Part shown: positions 6,960-16,239 of the stretch, piece by piece
Numbering within the stretch: position 1 is the stretch's first letter
Layout: every line of letters begins with the position of its first letter
Virus record (IMG/VR): IMGVR_UViG_3300036987_000019
Coordinates: 1 to 46,821 of that record
Length of the DNA stretch: 46,821 bases
Reading direction: 5' to 3' (one strand)
Origin: a virus
Lineage: Duplodnaviria > Caudoviricetes
Position numbers and translations under genes: made by a program
Notes under the pieces: model-generated
The model's input: only the letters and a program-made list of their open reading frames with translations
Told to the model about the DNA's origin: nothing
Databases searched by the model: none

Positions 6960-7076
6960 AGCGCACCTATTCATTTGAAATCAACGGCTTGGCGTTAATA
7001 AGCCGTTAAGGAAAACACTTCCTTAACACTTGGAATCGTTGAAGCCCGTGCGGCGTGTGCGTCAGGTGTGCGCGGG
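6960..7076. other. Putative attP region
   Basis: AT-rich non-coding stretch directly downstream of the integrase, with inverted repeats AACGGCTT/AAGCCGTT and GTTAAGGAA-N5-TTCCTTAAC. The call is positional inference. Confidence 0.45.
6994..7009 (-). promoter_or_regulatory. CtrA-binding consensus site
   Basis: Minus strand TTAA-CGGCTTA-TTAAC is a full TTAA-N7-TTAAC match. Confidence 0.55.
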
Positions 7077-8297
7077 TTATGTTTTCGGCTTGTTGCGATG
7101 GGCGGTGCGGGCGGCGCCGACGCGGCGGGCAGCCTCGAGCGCGGCTCGGTCATAGACCTTGGCGGTGGTGCGCTTGTCGGCGTGGCCGGCCAGTTTCGCG
7201 AGGTCGTCGGTGGAAACATCGGCCTCCCGGCCTTCGCTGATGCCGCCAGCGCGAAGGTCACGATTCCAGATTGCCGATGACACCTCTTTGGCGGTCCTGA
7301 TGGCGGTCCAGAGCTTCTGAAAATAGTCGTGCCGATACGGAAGGCCGGTGTTTGGGTTGACGATCAGCGGGCCCTTACGGTCCTCCGGCGGGATGTGAGA
7401 AAGTTCCTCGAGGACCATAGGGCAGACGCTGAAATCGACTTGGACGTCCTTTCCTGATGTGTCCTCGGTCTTGGTCGGCTTGAACTTGAAGATGTTGCTT
7501 CCGTCGATCTGCGACCACATCGGGCCGACCCATTTCATGCCGCGCTGGTGGACCAGCGACGGCCTCGGGTCGCTCATCGGTATCCATTGTCCGATCACAT
7601 CCCACTGGCGGACTGCGCCGTCGAACTGGATGGCGTAGGCAAGCGCTGCGGCCGGGTGCCCGGCATCATGAGCGCCGGCGCGCATCTTCACGATGTCATC
7701 GGCCGTCGGCGCCGCCACGCGCGACGGCTGCGTGGGGAATTCCATGGTGCTTAGAATGTCCAGAAACGCCCTGCACCCCGGCCTCCTGCATAGAATTCCG
7801 TGGGTGAGGGCAGATCGGATAACCGCTATGGCCATCCGCGCTTTCGGGATCTGACGCGGGACACCCGGCTTTGGCGGTTCGGACCATGACGCAAACCAGC
7901 GTTTCACATCCCGGCCGTCGCAGTCGTCGATGTGCAAATTGCCGATCTCGAGAATAACCATCCGGGCATAGACTTCGTATGGCTTAAGAGATGACGGCTT
8001 CAGCTTGTGATAGTCGCTGTCTTGGTCGGATTGCCAGAGTTCGATCAGGCTTTTGATGGTGCCGTCAAACTCGCTGGCAAGGCCACGGCGGCCTGAAAGC
8101 CACGCCCGCATTTCGGCCTGAAGCCTCTCGCACCGCTGGATCAGCGACGGGTGGTCATTGGCATACAGGGATAGGTTGACGTTCTTGACCGGGTAGCCGG
8201 CCGCAATCGCACTTTTGGTCGCGCGCCACATCGGCCGATCGCCGCGGTACGTCAGACCTGGCGCAACCGCCTTACCTTTGGCTTCTCCTGCTTCCAT
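7077..8297 (-). CDS. int: Tyrosine recombinase / phage integrase
   Basis: Catalytic pattern VRQWD...KT...RDLRAGG...LAGH...VYDR; 406 aa. Confidence 0.9.
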   Translation of the reverse strand: MEAGEAKGKAVAPGLTYRGDRPMWRATKSAIAAGYPVKNVNLSLYANDHPSLIQRCERLQAEMRAWLSGRRGLASEFDGTIKSLIELWQSDQDSDYHKLKPSSLKPYEVYARMVILEIGNLHIDDCDGRDVKRWFASWSEPPKPGVPRQIPKARMAIAVIRSALTHGILCRRPGCRAFLDILSTMEFPTQPSRVAAPTADDIVKMRAGAHDAGHPAAALAYAIQFDGAVRQWDVIGQWIPMSDPRPSLVHQRGMKWVGPMWSQIDGSNIFKFKPTKTEDTSGKDVQVDFSVCPMVLEELSHIPPEDRKGPLIVNPNTGLPYRHDYFQKLWTAIRTAKEVSSAIWNRDLRAGGISEGREADVSTDDLAKLAGHADKRTTAKVYDRAALEAARRVGAARTAHRNKPKT

Positions 8298-8557
8298 GCA
8301 CCCAGGTTCTCAACGCCACTCGGGGCCAGTCTCGGGGCCTTTTCGATCAGGCCGTATTCCTTGTCGAAGAACGCCCTCACGGCCGGCACATATCGGCCGC
8401 CCATCAAGGCGTCTATCTTGGGCAGGCCGCGGCCCTCCAGTAAAGCTGCGATCTGCCGCCATTCGGTAGTTTTCCCCGGTCCCATAAAGGCGTCCGCAAT
8501 CGCGTCGTCTGGCGCGAACAGCGGAAGTTCATCGAATTTCGGGGCGTCGCGCGTCAT
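8252..8557 (-). CDS. Putative excisionase-like DNA-binding protein
   Basis: Small ORF upstream of and overlapping int; GLPKIDALMGGRYVPAVRAFFD resembles winged-helix Xis-type proteins. Confidence 0.55.
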   Translation of the reverse strand: MTRDAPKFDELPLFAPDDAIADAFMGPGKTTEWRQIAALLEGRGLPKIDALMGGRYVPAVRAFFDKEYGLIEKAPRLAPSGVENLGAWKQEKPKVRRLRQV

Positions 8558-8685
8558 TAGATCCTGCCTCAATCACTTCCTGTGTTCACGTTGAAGGGTG
8601 GAGTCTTCATTCTCTTTCCCTCTGTGTTTGTTTAGATGGTGCGGACAAGGTGCGTGCATTGATGGATTGCGGAGAAGACGAGGGG

Positions 8686-9279
8686 TCAAACGCTGAGTGA
8701 TCTACGCAGTTGCTTGACCCATTCCGCGCGGCTTGCCGTCCGCTCGACTTCCTTGGCGTGCTCAGCGGCGTGATAACCAACGTTGTGCTGAGCCTTCTCC
8801 AGCTCAGTGGAGAGCCAATCCTTGCCAGACAATCGCACGGGTTCAGGGGAGCGATAGCTTCCACGTCTCGACATAACGAGTTGGTCGATCATGAACTTCT
8901 TCATCTCGGTGTGGTTGGCTGTTGGCGGCGTCCATGCCTCTACCTTCTTAATCATTGAGTTCAGGCGGCGCTCGGCTTCTGCTTCCTTCGCCTCGTATTC
9001 CTGGTGGGACTTCATGGCCTCATTGAACGCGCCCGTCGCGCTGGCTTCAGCCTCGTCAATGGTCATGACGTTCAGCCGCGCAAGTCGATCTTTGGCATCT
9101 GCCAGCCGTTTTTCGTGGAAGTCGCCCGGCTTGAACTCTTCAGGAATCGGCGCGTCCTGTGGTTCATCTCGCATTGTGATCAGTGCACCGAAGGCGCGAG
9201 CACAAGACATAGCGAAATCCTTGAACTCTGTGATCTCGCCATTTGCGACGGGGTAAGTGTATCCGGTTGCCATCTTCAA
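8686..9279 (-). CDS. Hypothetical phage protein
   Basis: 197-aa ORF (TGYT...FAMSCARAFGALITMRD) with GGAGA RBS. Confidence 0.75.
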   Translation of the reverse strand: MKMATGYTYPVANGEITEFKDFAMSCARAFGALITMRDEPQDAPIPEEFKPGDFHEKRLADAKDRLARLNVMTIDEAEASATGAFNEAMKSHQEYEAKEAEAERRLNSMIKKVEAWTPPTANHTEMKKFMIDQLVMSRRGSYRSPEPVRLSGKDWLSTELEKAQHNVGYHAAEHAKEVERTASRAEWVKQLRRSLSV

Positions 9280-10157
9280 TTCTCCGTCAGTGGTTGCAGT
9301 ATGGTCGGGGACTGTTCTGCTGGTGGGCGCGTATCCGCAACCGCTAAAAACTTCACGCGGTACGTGCGATATTTTGACCGATGATCTTCCTCGCAGAAGC
9401 GACGGAATGTCTGCTCGTGAGTTTCGCCGGGAAACATTTCAATGCTCGTTCCCATCATGCCGCCCTTCCACGATCCCTTTTCGGGACCGACTTCATTGGC
9501 GAAACTCATATCCAGCGAGCGTCGGCGCTTCTTTGGTGCGAAAATTCCAAGCCACTTGAACCAGCCCGTTCCAAGCGACCAGACGCGCTCCTCGATGTAG
9601 GTCTCGACGGAAATCTGCTCATTGTCGAAATCCTCAATCATGAAACCTACACGCGATATCGCGTCTTTGATGGGGCTATAGCGCTCCCACGGCAGGCTTG
9701 CGATGTTCTCGCTGGCGGCACCGTCTGCGCCATACAGAATGTGAGAGATTTGCCGCCATTGCGTCCACGGAAGGTGCTTGCACCAGCTTTGTTCGATACG
9801 GCTATCCATCATGGACCCGCCGTTCCGCCCGTACTTCACTTGCAGAAATCCGGCGCTATAGCTGACGCCATAGGTGCGCTGGTCAATTTCCCAATAGAAG
9901 TTCCTGCCTAACCGCTTGACGGTCTCAGCATCCCAGTCTGGGTATCGCTTCTCACGATGTGGCTTGACGATATGTGGCAACACCGACGCGAATGTAAACC
10001 ATGGCGTACTAACTCGCAGAAAGCATTTATCGTCGTTTGATGAATCGCGATCCCCAGCGGATTCCAGCATAATCGCCCAATGCGGGTACGGCTTTCCTGA
10101 TGCAAAAGTAAAAGGACCAATATAGCGGTCGTTGTCACCCCATCGCATTGCTCTCAT
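9276..10157 (-). CDS. Hypothetical phage protein
   Basis: 293-aa ORF with GGAGA RBS, coupled to the next gene. Confidence 0.75.
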   Translation of the reverse strand: MRAMRWGDNDRYIGPFTFASGKPYPHWAIMLESAGDRDSSNDDKCFLRVSTPWFTFASVLPHIVKPHREKRYPDWDAETVKRLGRNFYWEIDQRTYGVSYSAGFLQVKYGRNGGSMMDSRIEQSWCKHLPWTQWRQISHILYGADGAASENIASLPWERYSPIKDAISRVGFMIEDFDNEQISVETYIEERVWSLGTGWFKWLGIFAPKKRRRSLDMSFANEVGPEKGSWKGGMMGTSIEMFPGETHEQTFRRFCEEDHRSKYRTYRVKFLAVADTRPPAEQSPTILQPLTEN

Positions 10158-10190
10158 CTTGATCTCCGAAAAGTGGTTGCGGTACGTGTC

Positions 10191-10832
10191 CTAAATGTTC
10201 TGTGTCGATTCCGGCTTCGTGCAGTGGGTCTCTTTCTGCTCACCCCTCTTCGCTAAAGGGGGGAGAGAGCGGATAGATTCTGCTACATCGTTGCAAGCCT
10301 GCTCATAGGCCATTTCTGCATAGCCGTTCGAGTCGTCACGGTAGTTCAACTGATTGGAGTGCTGACGATTGTCGAGCGCGATAGCAGCACACCGCTCTAT
10401 CGTTTCTACCTCTACTCTTGAGAGTTCGGGTTCGGCGGCGAGGGCGCGTTGCTTCGCTGCGCTTAATTCATCATCGTATAGAAGGCCATTCTCGCGCCCC
10501 TCGGCGGCCAGCCTCATGAACTCACTGGATTCGCGCAGCTCGTTCCGCGTTTCTTTGAAGGACTCAAGGAATGGCGGCCCGATAGACGACTCCAGTGTCG
10601 TCAACAAACTTCCATAGTCATGCGCGGCTGCTGAGCAGTATTTCCGCAGTCGGTCCCGCTCCGCCTCCAGTTCGGTGATGCGTGCGGCGGGGACAAGCGA
10701 TAGCCCGTGATCAGCCATCATTGTCCTGATGGTCTTCGTCTCCCAATCACCGACAAACGCTTCCAGGTATTCCCAGAATTGTTCTGGCGTCCACCCGCGA
10801 TCCACCAAGCTCTGGCTCGCGCTGTCTGTCAT
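10191..10832 (-). CDS. Hypothetical coiled-coil protein (Ea/Ead-region-like)
   Basis: ARITELEAERDRLR...ETIERCAAIA...VAESIRSL mosaic typical of early-left genes. Confidence 0.65.
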   Translation of the reverse strand: MTDSASQSLVDRGWTPEQFWEYLEAFVGDWETKTIRTMMADHGLSLVPAARITELEAERDRLRKYCSAAAHDYGSLLTTLESSIGPPFLESFKETRNELRESSEFMRLAAEGRENGLLYDDELSAAKQRALAAEPELSRVEVETIERCAAIALDNRQHSNQLNYRDDSNGYAEMAYEQACNDVAESIRSLPPLAKRGEQKETHCTKPESTQNI

Positions 10833-11131
10833 GGGCGGCTCCAATCGTTGCCATACATGTCAAAGTGGCGGGCCTGTAGACCGTGAGCGACGGCAATCTG
10901 ATTGACGACGGATGCAGGCACACCCTTGCCGGAATCTTTGTAGCGGAATCCGCTGGAGCTGCACCAGTCGCAACGCCCCGTCATCGCAGGCGCATCGCAA
11001 TACCATTGCTTGCGCTTGCCATTTCCACGGCACGACCAGCAGATGGTGATGCCATCCGGCAACTTGTCGAATTGGATGTCCTGCGCATCCAGGTTTGGCT
11101 TTTCGATATAAACCTCGATCCGTTCCGTCAT
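10829..11131 (-). CDS. Small Cys-rich zinc-finger protein
   Basis: CWSCRGNG...CDWCSSSG; ATGA coupling. Confidence 0.6.
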   Translation of the reverse strand: MTERIEVYIEKPNLDAQDIQFDKLPDGITICWSCRGNGKRKQWYCDAPAMTGRCDWCSSSGFRYKDSGKGVPASVVNQIAVAHGLQARHFDMYGNDWSRP

Positions 11132-11367
11132 GGCTTTGTCCCCCGTCCTTGGGTAAGTGCTGCACGGCCTGCGTCGGTGGCTTTCTTCGCGCGCAAAGGG
11201 CTTTCGTATAATTCCGTCCACGCGCGGTTTGCGGCGTAGCGAATTGGATGGCTTTCGCTGATCTCACGCGCATTGTTGGAGATGATCGAAAGGCGCTTCA
11301 TCACATCGGTGAGATCGGCGTCGAGTTGTTTCTGCGCCTCACTCAGCCTCACGGCGGGATCGGTCAT
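11128..11367 (-). CDS. Hypothetical protein
   Basis: 79 aa, AAGGAG RBS. Confidence 0.65.
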   Translation of the reverse strand: MTDPAVRLSEAQKQLDADLTDVMKRLSIISNNAREISESHPIRYAANRAWTELYESPLRAKKATDAGRAALTQGRGTKP

Positions 11368-11817
11368 CTAACGTGACTCCTTGGAAGCGAGGGCCTTGAT
11401 GTTGCCGAACCAGGTCACCCAAAAGCGACCGTCTTTCATTGGCCCGATGATGCCGGAGTCGTCCTGCGAAGGATCGTGAACAATTGCACCGTTACAGATC
11501 ACGACAGAATGCCCGACTCCGTTGCGGCTTGTGCCGCCCAAAATCCCGTAAGTATCTGGATTAAGATACCCTGTGCTGAACAGCACACCTGCTAGATCGT
11601 CTGTTTCGTAAAACAGAGAAATTGGAATATACCCAATGCCAAGCAGCCAATCCCGCTCAGCCCTGGCCCATTCTTCTTCTGAGTACAGGCTTAAGTCGCC
11701 GAAATGAGGTATGTCCTCGATGGGCATTTCGAGGATAGAGGCGAGTGCCGCACGATGGCAGTCACCATAGATTCCTTCGTGTGGCTTATGCCGCAGCAAT
11801 TGCTTTACCGGGGTCAT
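11368..11817 (-). CDS. Hypothetical protein, possible C39-like peptidase fold
   Basis: Q...GDCHRAALASIL...GHSVVI...IVHDP pattern. Confidence 0.55.
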   Translation of the reverse strand: MTPVKQLLRHKPHEGIYGDCHRAALASILEMPIEDIPHFGDLSLYSEEEWARAERDWLLGIGYIPISLFYETDDLAGVLFSTGYLNPDTYGILGGTSRNGVGHSVVICNGAIVHDPSQDDSGIIGPMKDGRFWVTWFGNIKALASKESR

Positions 11818-12932
11818 CACCGCTCCCCTTTCGCTGGCTGGGCGGAAAGGATAGCGAGAATGGCACACTCAATTGCGCGACCAGTTGCGTGTGCTGCTAA
11901 TGTGCCTTCAAACTTCTTCGGTGTGTGATCGACTGCAATAGAGGCGCACTCTCGGATGATCGCCCCCCGATCAGCGACGGCTACGGGCTGCTGGGATAGG
12001 GCGGCAGTCTTGCTAGCCATTACTCTGGCGATAGCTCGGTCTTCTCGATATTCTGACGGCTGTAATGTTTCGTATATGGCTCTAAGGACTCTTAGGTTAC
12101 CAACCGTTATGTTCATCGCCGCTGGCGACTCCCAAATGTGGTCATCATCCCGCGCGCTTTCATCAACACATCCGTCAAGAGCCGCCACGAATGGTTCTAG
12201 CGCCTCCCTCACGTCCGGTGCTGATGGTGGGGCTTCTGACGGCTGTTCTGTGAGAGTGGCGGGGGCGGCGTAGAGCGGAATAACGGTTGAGTACGCTGCC
12301 GACGCAACGACCGGGCCGACGCCGTTCGCGTTGTTTGTCAGTTCAGCGAGCGTTTCTGGCGAGATATAACCGACCGGCCCCGCAGTCAGGGACGGGGATA
12401 CGAGGATCGAAAGCAGTTGGTCCCATTCGGTCTTACCGTGGTCACCACGAAACGAATTGAACCATTCTCTCAACCCTTCCACAGGGGGGTGTGGAGCGGC
12501 CTCAGTCCATTGGCACCTGTCACAGCATGCGTTGTCGGTCTGTTCGTCGATGCCAATCGGTTCGCCGCATCCTCGGCACATGCAACCATGAAGGCGAAGT
12601 TCTTCCCGCGCTGCGCTCCGCGCCTCGTCCTGCTTGAGGGAATTGCCATACTTCACCCATGTGGGCTTTCCCCCGGCTCCGTCATAGGGAAATTTGGCAT
12701 AGAACTTTTGCGCGAGTGTTTCGACAGGTTCAAAATTCCGATTTCGATTATCGTCCCACGCAAATTCACGCACTCTCGCTTGTGGGGCGGGGCTTTCGTT
12801 GGTGGAAAGCACCGCGCTAACAATTGAGGCAGTTTTAATCCTTGTTCCAGAAATCCAACCATCGACACTAAAGCCAAGTCGTTCCAATTCACGATAGGCC
12901 GATTCATCCGGGCGCTCGGTGCTGGTGGTCAT
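11817..12932 (-). CDS. Mosaic hypothetical protein (Ead/Ea22-region-like)
   Basis: Long ORF with PVGY...PLYAAP segments and CxxC motifs, coupled to its neighbours. Confidence 0.65.
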   Translation of the reverse strand: MTTSTERPDESAYRELERLGFSVDGWISGTRIKTASIVSAVLSTNESPAPQARVREFAWDDNRNRNFEPVETLAQKFYAKFPYDGAGGKPTWVKYGNSLKQDEARSAAREELRLHGCMCRGCGEPIGIDEQTDNACCDRCQWTEAAPHPPVEGLREWFNSFRGDHGKTEWDQLLSILVSPSLTAGPVGYISPETLAELTNNANGVGPVVASAAYSTVIPLYAAPATLTEQPSEAPPSAPDVREALEPFVAALDGCVDESARDDDHIWESPAAMNITVGNLRVLRAIYETLQPSEYREDRAIARVMASKTAALSQQPVAVADRGAIIRECASIAVDHTPKKFEGTLAAHATGRAIECAILAILSAQPAKGER

Positions 12933-13177
12933 GGGTGCGCATCCTCCGAGTAATTCATGGCCCATTCCATTAGGCAGTCCTCGCAGAGCGCCTCGCCGTC
13001 GTCATTGAAGCCGACAGCAGGCTCATCGCAGCCACGCGCCTCGCAAACCTGTGCTCCGCTTCCGTTGCAGGATTCGCATTCGCCTGTTCGCCAAACATCC
13101 GGGTCGTTGCCGCCATATTTGGATGTGTAGAGCGAGCCTTCGCCCGAGCATTTTGAACAGAAAAGGATAGCCATCAC
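12929..13177 (-). CDS. Small zinc-finger protein with DnaJ-like CxxCxGxG repeats
   Basis: CSKCSGEG...CESCNGSG...CEARGC...CEDC. Confidence 0.65.
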   Translation of the reverse strand: MMAILFCSKCSGEGSLYTSKYGGNDPDVWRTGECESCNGSGAQVCEARGCDEPAVGFNDDGEALCEDCLMEWAMNYSEDAHP

Positions 13178-13259
13178 CGCTCTCCGCTCTCAGGGGTGGA
13201 CAGAATTGAATCGTCCGCACGGCCCGCCAGCGCCATCAGTTCTTCCCGCTCAGACTGGT

Positions 13260-13673
13260 TCATGAGGATGCCTCGCATGATGCCCTTGCCTTGAGGGCGG
13301 AGATTGCGGCGATGCAAAGGGCGATGGGCAAACTGCAGCCCTTATGCTCTCCATAGAATGGACCGCCCTCGACGTTGAGACCAACCGCGGCACGAGCGAC
13401 CCCGTACAGGTCCGAAACCTCTTTCTCCATCCCCTCCGGCACAAGGCTCATCGCGGCGTCGATGGATTCCGAATAGGCCGGCACAAGAACGAGATGACCG
13501 AATTTATCTCGCGTCTCATCCATCTCGCAGACTCGGCCTGTTGCCGAGTGCGTGTAATTCCATTTCTTGCGATATGAGCCGTCCGTAACGGTGAGCCAGA
13601 TCAGCGTGTCCAATTCCCGATCCGCCCCCGTCGCATTTGTGAGCCGATCTAGGAGGTGTGTGTAATCGGTCAT
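13260..13673 (-). CDS. Hypothetical phage protein
   Basis: ATGADRELD..I...PAYSESIDAAMSLVPEG...PIALCIAA is a common phage pattern. Confidence 0.7.
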   Translation of the reverse strand: MTDYTHLLDRLTNATGADRELDTLIWLTVTDGSYRKKWNYTHSATGRVCEMDETRDKFGHLVLVPAYSESIDAAMSLVPEGMEKEVSDLYGVARAAVGLNVEGGPFYGEHKGCSLPIALCIAAISALKARASCEASS

Positions 13674-14047
13674 GACGCACCGCCAATCTTGGCGGTGGCG
13701 AGGGCTGCGCGGATAGACTGCACAACCGCATCATAAAATGAATCGTCTGCGTGTCGGCGGCGACCGAGGGGCGTATCGAGTAGCCCGCTCGCATTTTGAA
13801 GCGCTTCCAACGGATCGGGCGCGGCGGCAATCAGGCGGGCAACCTTGTCGCGCGATGGCTGTGGTCCCCAAATGCCGTTTGGCGCTCGCGGCGCGCCATC
13901 ATCAAAACCGCCACCATAGACCGTAGCGATCTCAAGGCCGTCTGCATCTTTTACATAGGCGCAGGCATTCTGCGGGTGATCCGCGCAAAATTGCCACGGC
14001 CCCGGCGTATGCGCCGTCCTCCCCCCATCTGCTTTTGCCTGGGTCAT
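13670..14047 (-). CDS. Hypothetical phage protein (HTPGPW...ARLIAAAP type)
   Basis: Recognisable HTPGPW and ARLIAAAPD motifs. Confidence 0.7.
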   Translation of the reverse strand: MTQAKADGGRTAHTPGPWQFCADHPQNACAYVKDADGLEIATVYGGGFDDGAPRAPNGIWGPQPSRDKVARLIAAAPDPLEALQNASGLLDTPLGRRRHADDSFYDAVVQSIRAALATAKIGGAS

Positions 14048-14310
14048 GGTGCGAAGCTCAGCTTTTCGAGTTTCGCAATTTGCTTCTTGAGTGAGGCGAT
14101 GCGCTTTGTGCGCATATCCTCCGCCTTCGCTAGAGCCGCGCCTCGTGTTAGGTGCCACTCTGATGGGCCATAAAAATGACGACGTTCATCCCACGCCCCA
14201 TCCCACGGCCCAGACTTGGATAGATAGCCATTTTCTGGCTCATCGCACCCGCTAAGAGACATGACGCCGTTAGTGAGAGCAAATTTGGTGATCCAGTAAA
14301 TAGTCGTCAC
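14044..14310 (-). CDS. Hypothetical phage protein
   Basis: WITKFALTNG...KRIASLKKQIAKLEKL; coupled on both sides. Confidence 0.7.
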   Translation of the reverse strand: MTTIYWITKFALTNGVMSLSGCDEPENGYLSKSGPWDGAWDERRHFYGPSEWHLTRGAALAKAEDMRTKRIASLKKQIAKLEKLSFAP

Positions 14311-14798
14311 GCGCTCGCTCCTATTTCCTTTACGCGGGCAGGGAGACGGCGGTTGTCGGCGAACGAGTTTCGCGACTGCATCGGCCGGCCTGCCGGGATC
14401 TTCTTGCGCTTGTCGCGCGGCGCGCGGGCCTTGATTTTCCGCGGCTGCTTGACGGGCTTCGGTGTCGCGGCGCGTTCTTCACCGCCGGACGCCTTCCAAA
14501 GTTCAGCGGCGATGGTGAATGGATTGATGCCCTTCAGGCGCCAGAATTCTTCTTCCGCCATGCTGTGCTGGCAATCGATTCCGATCCGGTGATGATAGGG
14601 ACACAGCGGGACCGTCCACTTGTCGGCCGGTTTCTCGGCTTTGCCGGTGTATTCCTTGCCGATCGCAAGGCACGCCATCCGGATGTGCGCGGGCTCCGCC
14701 TGGCGCTTGCAGAATGGAAGACAGCATGGCCGCGTCCGAACGAAAGCGAGATGCTTCTTGTCTTCATGGCGCGGGCTGCGCTGGCGGAGTTCGTTCAT
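14307..14798 (-). CDS. DUF968-like zinc/HNH-type protein
   Basis: HLAFVRTRPCC..C...AHIR...KPADKWTVPLCPYHH motif. Confidence 0.7.
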   Translation of the reverse strand: MNELRQRSPRHEDKKHLAFVRTRPCCLPFCKRQAEPAHIRMACLAIGKEYTGKAEKPADKWTVPLCPYHHRIGIDCQHSMAEEEFWRLKGINPFTIAAELWKASGGEERAATPKPVKQPRKIKARAPRDKRKKIPAGRPMQSRNSFADNRRLPARVKEIGASA

Positions 14799-14926
14799 AG
14801 CGGCCAGACTCCACCCTCGGTAGGCTCACGCTCCGACACCTTCGGGTCGTCGAAAACCCATGCGACCATAACGAGCGCGCCAAAAACACTGCCGACGACG
14901 AACGCCAAGACAATCTCTGCCATCAT
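14795..14926 (-). CDS. Small membrane protein
   Basis: 43 aa with one transmembrane segment; ATGA-coupled. Confidence 0.5.
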   Translation of the reverse strand: MMAEIVLAFVVGSVFGALVMVAWVFDDPKVSEREPTEGGVWPL

Positions 14927-15198
14927 CGAAGTCCTTCTGCTGCGGCAGCAATGGTTTCGCGCGCAAGCCAGACCGCCGCATCGGAATGCGCGCGGATCGC
15001 CTTCCACCCAAACTTCTCCGATGCCCCGTCGAACAGAAACAAGGCGACGTCAGGCTCGCTGGAAAGATCAAGACCTCGGCCGGTTTCGGCGACAAGGTCA
15101 TGCGCCATTCGGCGGATAAGGCTCTCGCGCTCCTTCGCCGCAACGAAATCCGCCGGCGAGAATCCGAGTTCGTTCACCAAGGCCACATGGAGATTCAT
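14923..15198 (-). CDS. Hypothetical protein
   Basis: 91-aa ORF, ATGA-coupled on both sides. Confidence 0.65.
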   Translation of the reverse strand: MNLHVALVNELGFSPADFVAAKERESLIRRMAHDLVAETGRGLDLSSEPDVALFLFDGASEKFGWKAIRAHSDAAVWLARETIAAAAEGLR

Positions 15199-15830
15199 AG
15201 CCGCGACCTTCCTGATGCAAGTTCACTTACGGTGAAATATCCAGCGGCGTTGCGCGCTGCGCGCTCGGCGTCGTAACGACTCTGCCGGTAAGATTTTTTC
15301 GAGGCCTTCTCGCCGGCGTCGCGTCGCCGGAAGAACGCTGTTCGCAGGCGCTCCCACGCTTCGCGCTGGGAATCCGACCATTCGACGTCGGTCGAAAGAG
15401 TCGGCGAGCGCGCCTGACACAGCGGGCGCTTCTGGTCGCCGGCAATCCAGCCCGGCACTTCGATCAGCAGGAAGCCAAGCTCCAGCGGCATCCGCTGGAA
15501 GGGGGTGATGGTTTGAAGTACGCGAACGATCGGCTGCCCAGCCTTCGACGACTTCGTGTAGGTGAGGGGAAGTCGCCATGCCCCCTCGATCTTGCCGTCA
15601 TGCGATACCGTGATCGAGTTCGGCCCAGCGTCGTGCTGGACGACCGTCATCACCACTTTTTGCCAATGCCCGCATCCCTTGAAACTGATCGGCCGCCGCA
15701 GTTCAGCGACCTTATCAGCCATCGCCTGCTTGACCGCGGCGGCGCCGGACGCGGCAACCTCATCGCGCTCGGCGGGCGTCATGTCCCACAAAGATTTCGT
15801 CGCGCGGTATTCGGTCTGTGCTGCTGACAT
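15195..15830 (-). CDS. Hypothetical protein
   Basis: Start MSAAQTEY coupled to the upstream stop codon. Confidence 0.65.
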   Translation of the reverse strand: MSAAQTEYRATKSLWDMTPAERDEVAASGAAAVKQAMADKVAELRRPISFKGCGHWQKVVMTVVQHDAGPNSITVSHDGKIEGAWRLPLTYTKSSKAGQPIVRVLQTITPFQRMPLELGFLLIEVPGWIAGDQKRPLCQARSPTLSTDVEWSDSQREAWERLRTAFFRRRDAGEKASKKSYRQSRYDAERAARNAAGYFTVSELASGRSRL

Positions 15831-16045
15831 CACCGATCGCTCCAAATCAGGAAGCCCAGGCTGGACATCATCAAAAAGAAACTCAAGGCGAGCGCGCTGA
15901 CGCCGAACAAGGTCAGCCACTCGATATGCCCCCAAGCGATATGTGCAACGGCACCGCTACAAACGTTATGGATATGGGTGACGCCGAAGTCTGAGGTGGA
16001 CTTGATGCACTCGGCTAAATTGAGATTTGTGTCTGCTGCTGACAT
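15830..16045 (-). CDS. Small membrane protein
   Basis: C-terminal hydrophobic segment; TGATG coupling. Confidence 0.55.
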   Translation of the reverse strand: MSAADTNLNLAECIKSTSDFGVTHIHNVCSGAVAHIAWGHIEWLTLFGVSALALSFFLMMSSLGFLIWSDR

Positions 16046-16203
16046 CACGCAGCCCGCCGAAATGGAGCGCGGCGCCAGAGCCGGTCAGCGATTGCCGTGT
16101 GACGGCAGAATTCGCGAAGGTCGTTCTCTTCGTCGGTGCGCGACCAGCGCGCGTAGGCGGCTGCGGCCTTATCACCGTGCCAGTCTGCAACTCGATCGTG
16201 CAT
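16045..16203 (-). CDS. First early-left gene (52 aa, not in ORF track)
   Basis: MHDRVADWHGDKAAAAYARWSRTDEE...; GGGGG upstream; stop coupled to the next ATG. Confidence 0.5.
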   Translation of the reverse strand: MHDRVADWHGDKAAAAYARWSRTDEENDLREFCRHTAIADRLWRRAPFRRAA

Positions 16204-16239
16204 GTCGCCCCCATCTGGATAAGAACCGATGGGGAGAAC

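Noticed and set aside
6935-7076. tRNA-derived att core or a tRNA gene
   Set aside because: No T-loop (GGTTCGAATCC-like) or cloverleaf is recognisable here, and I noticed none elsewhere.
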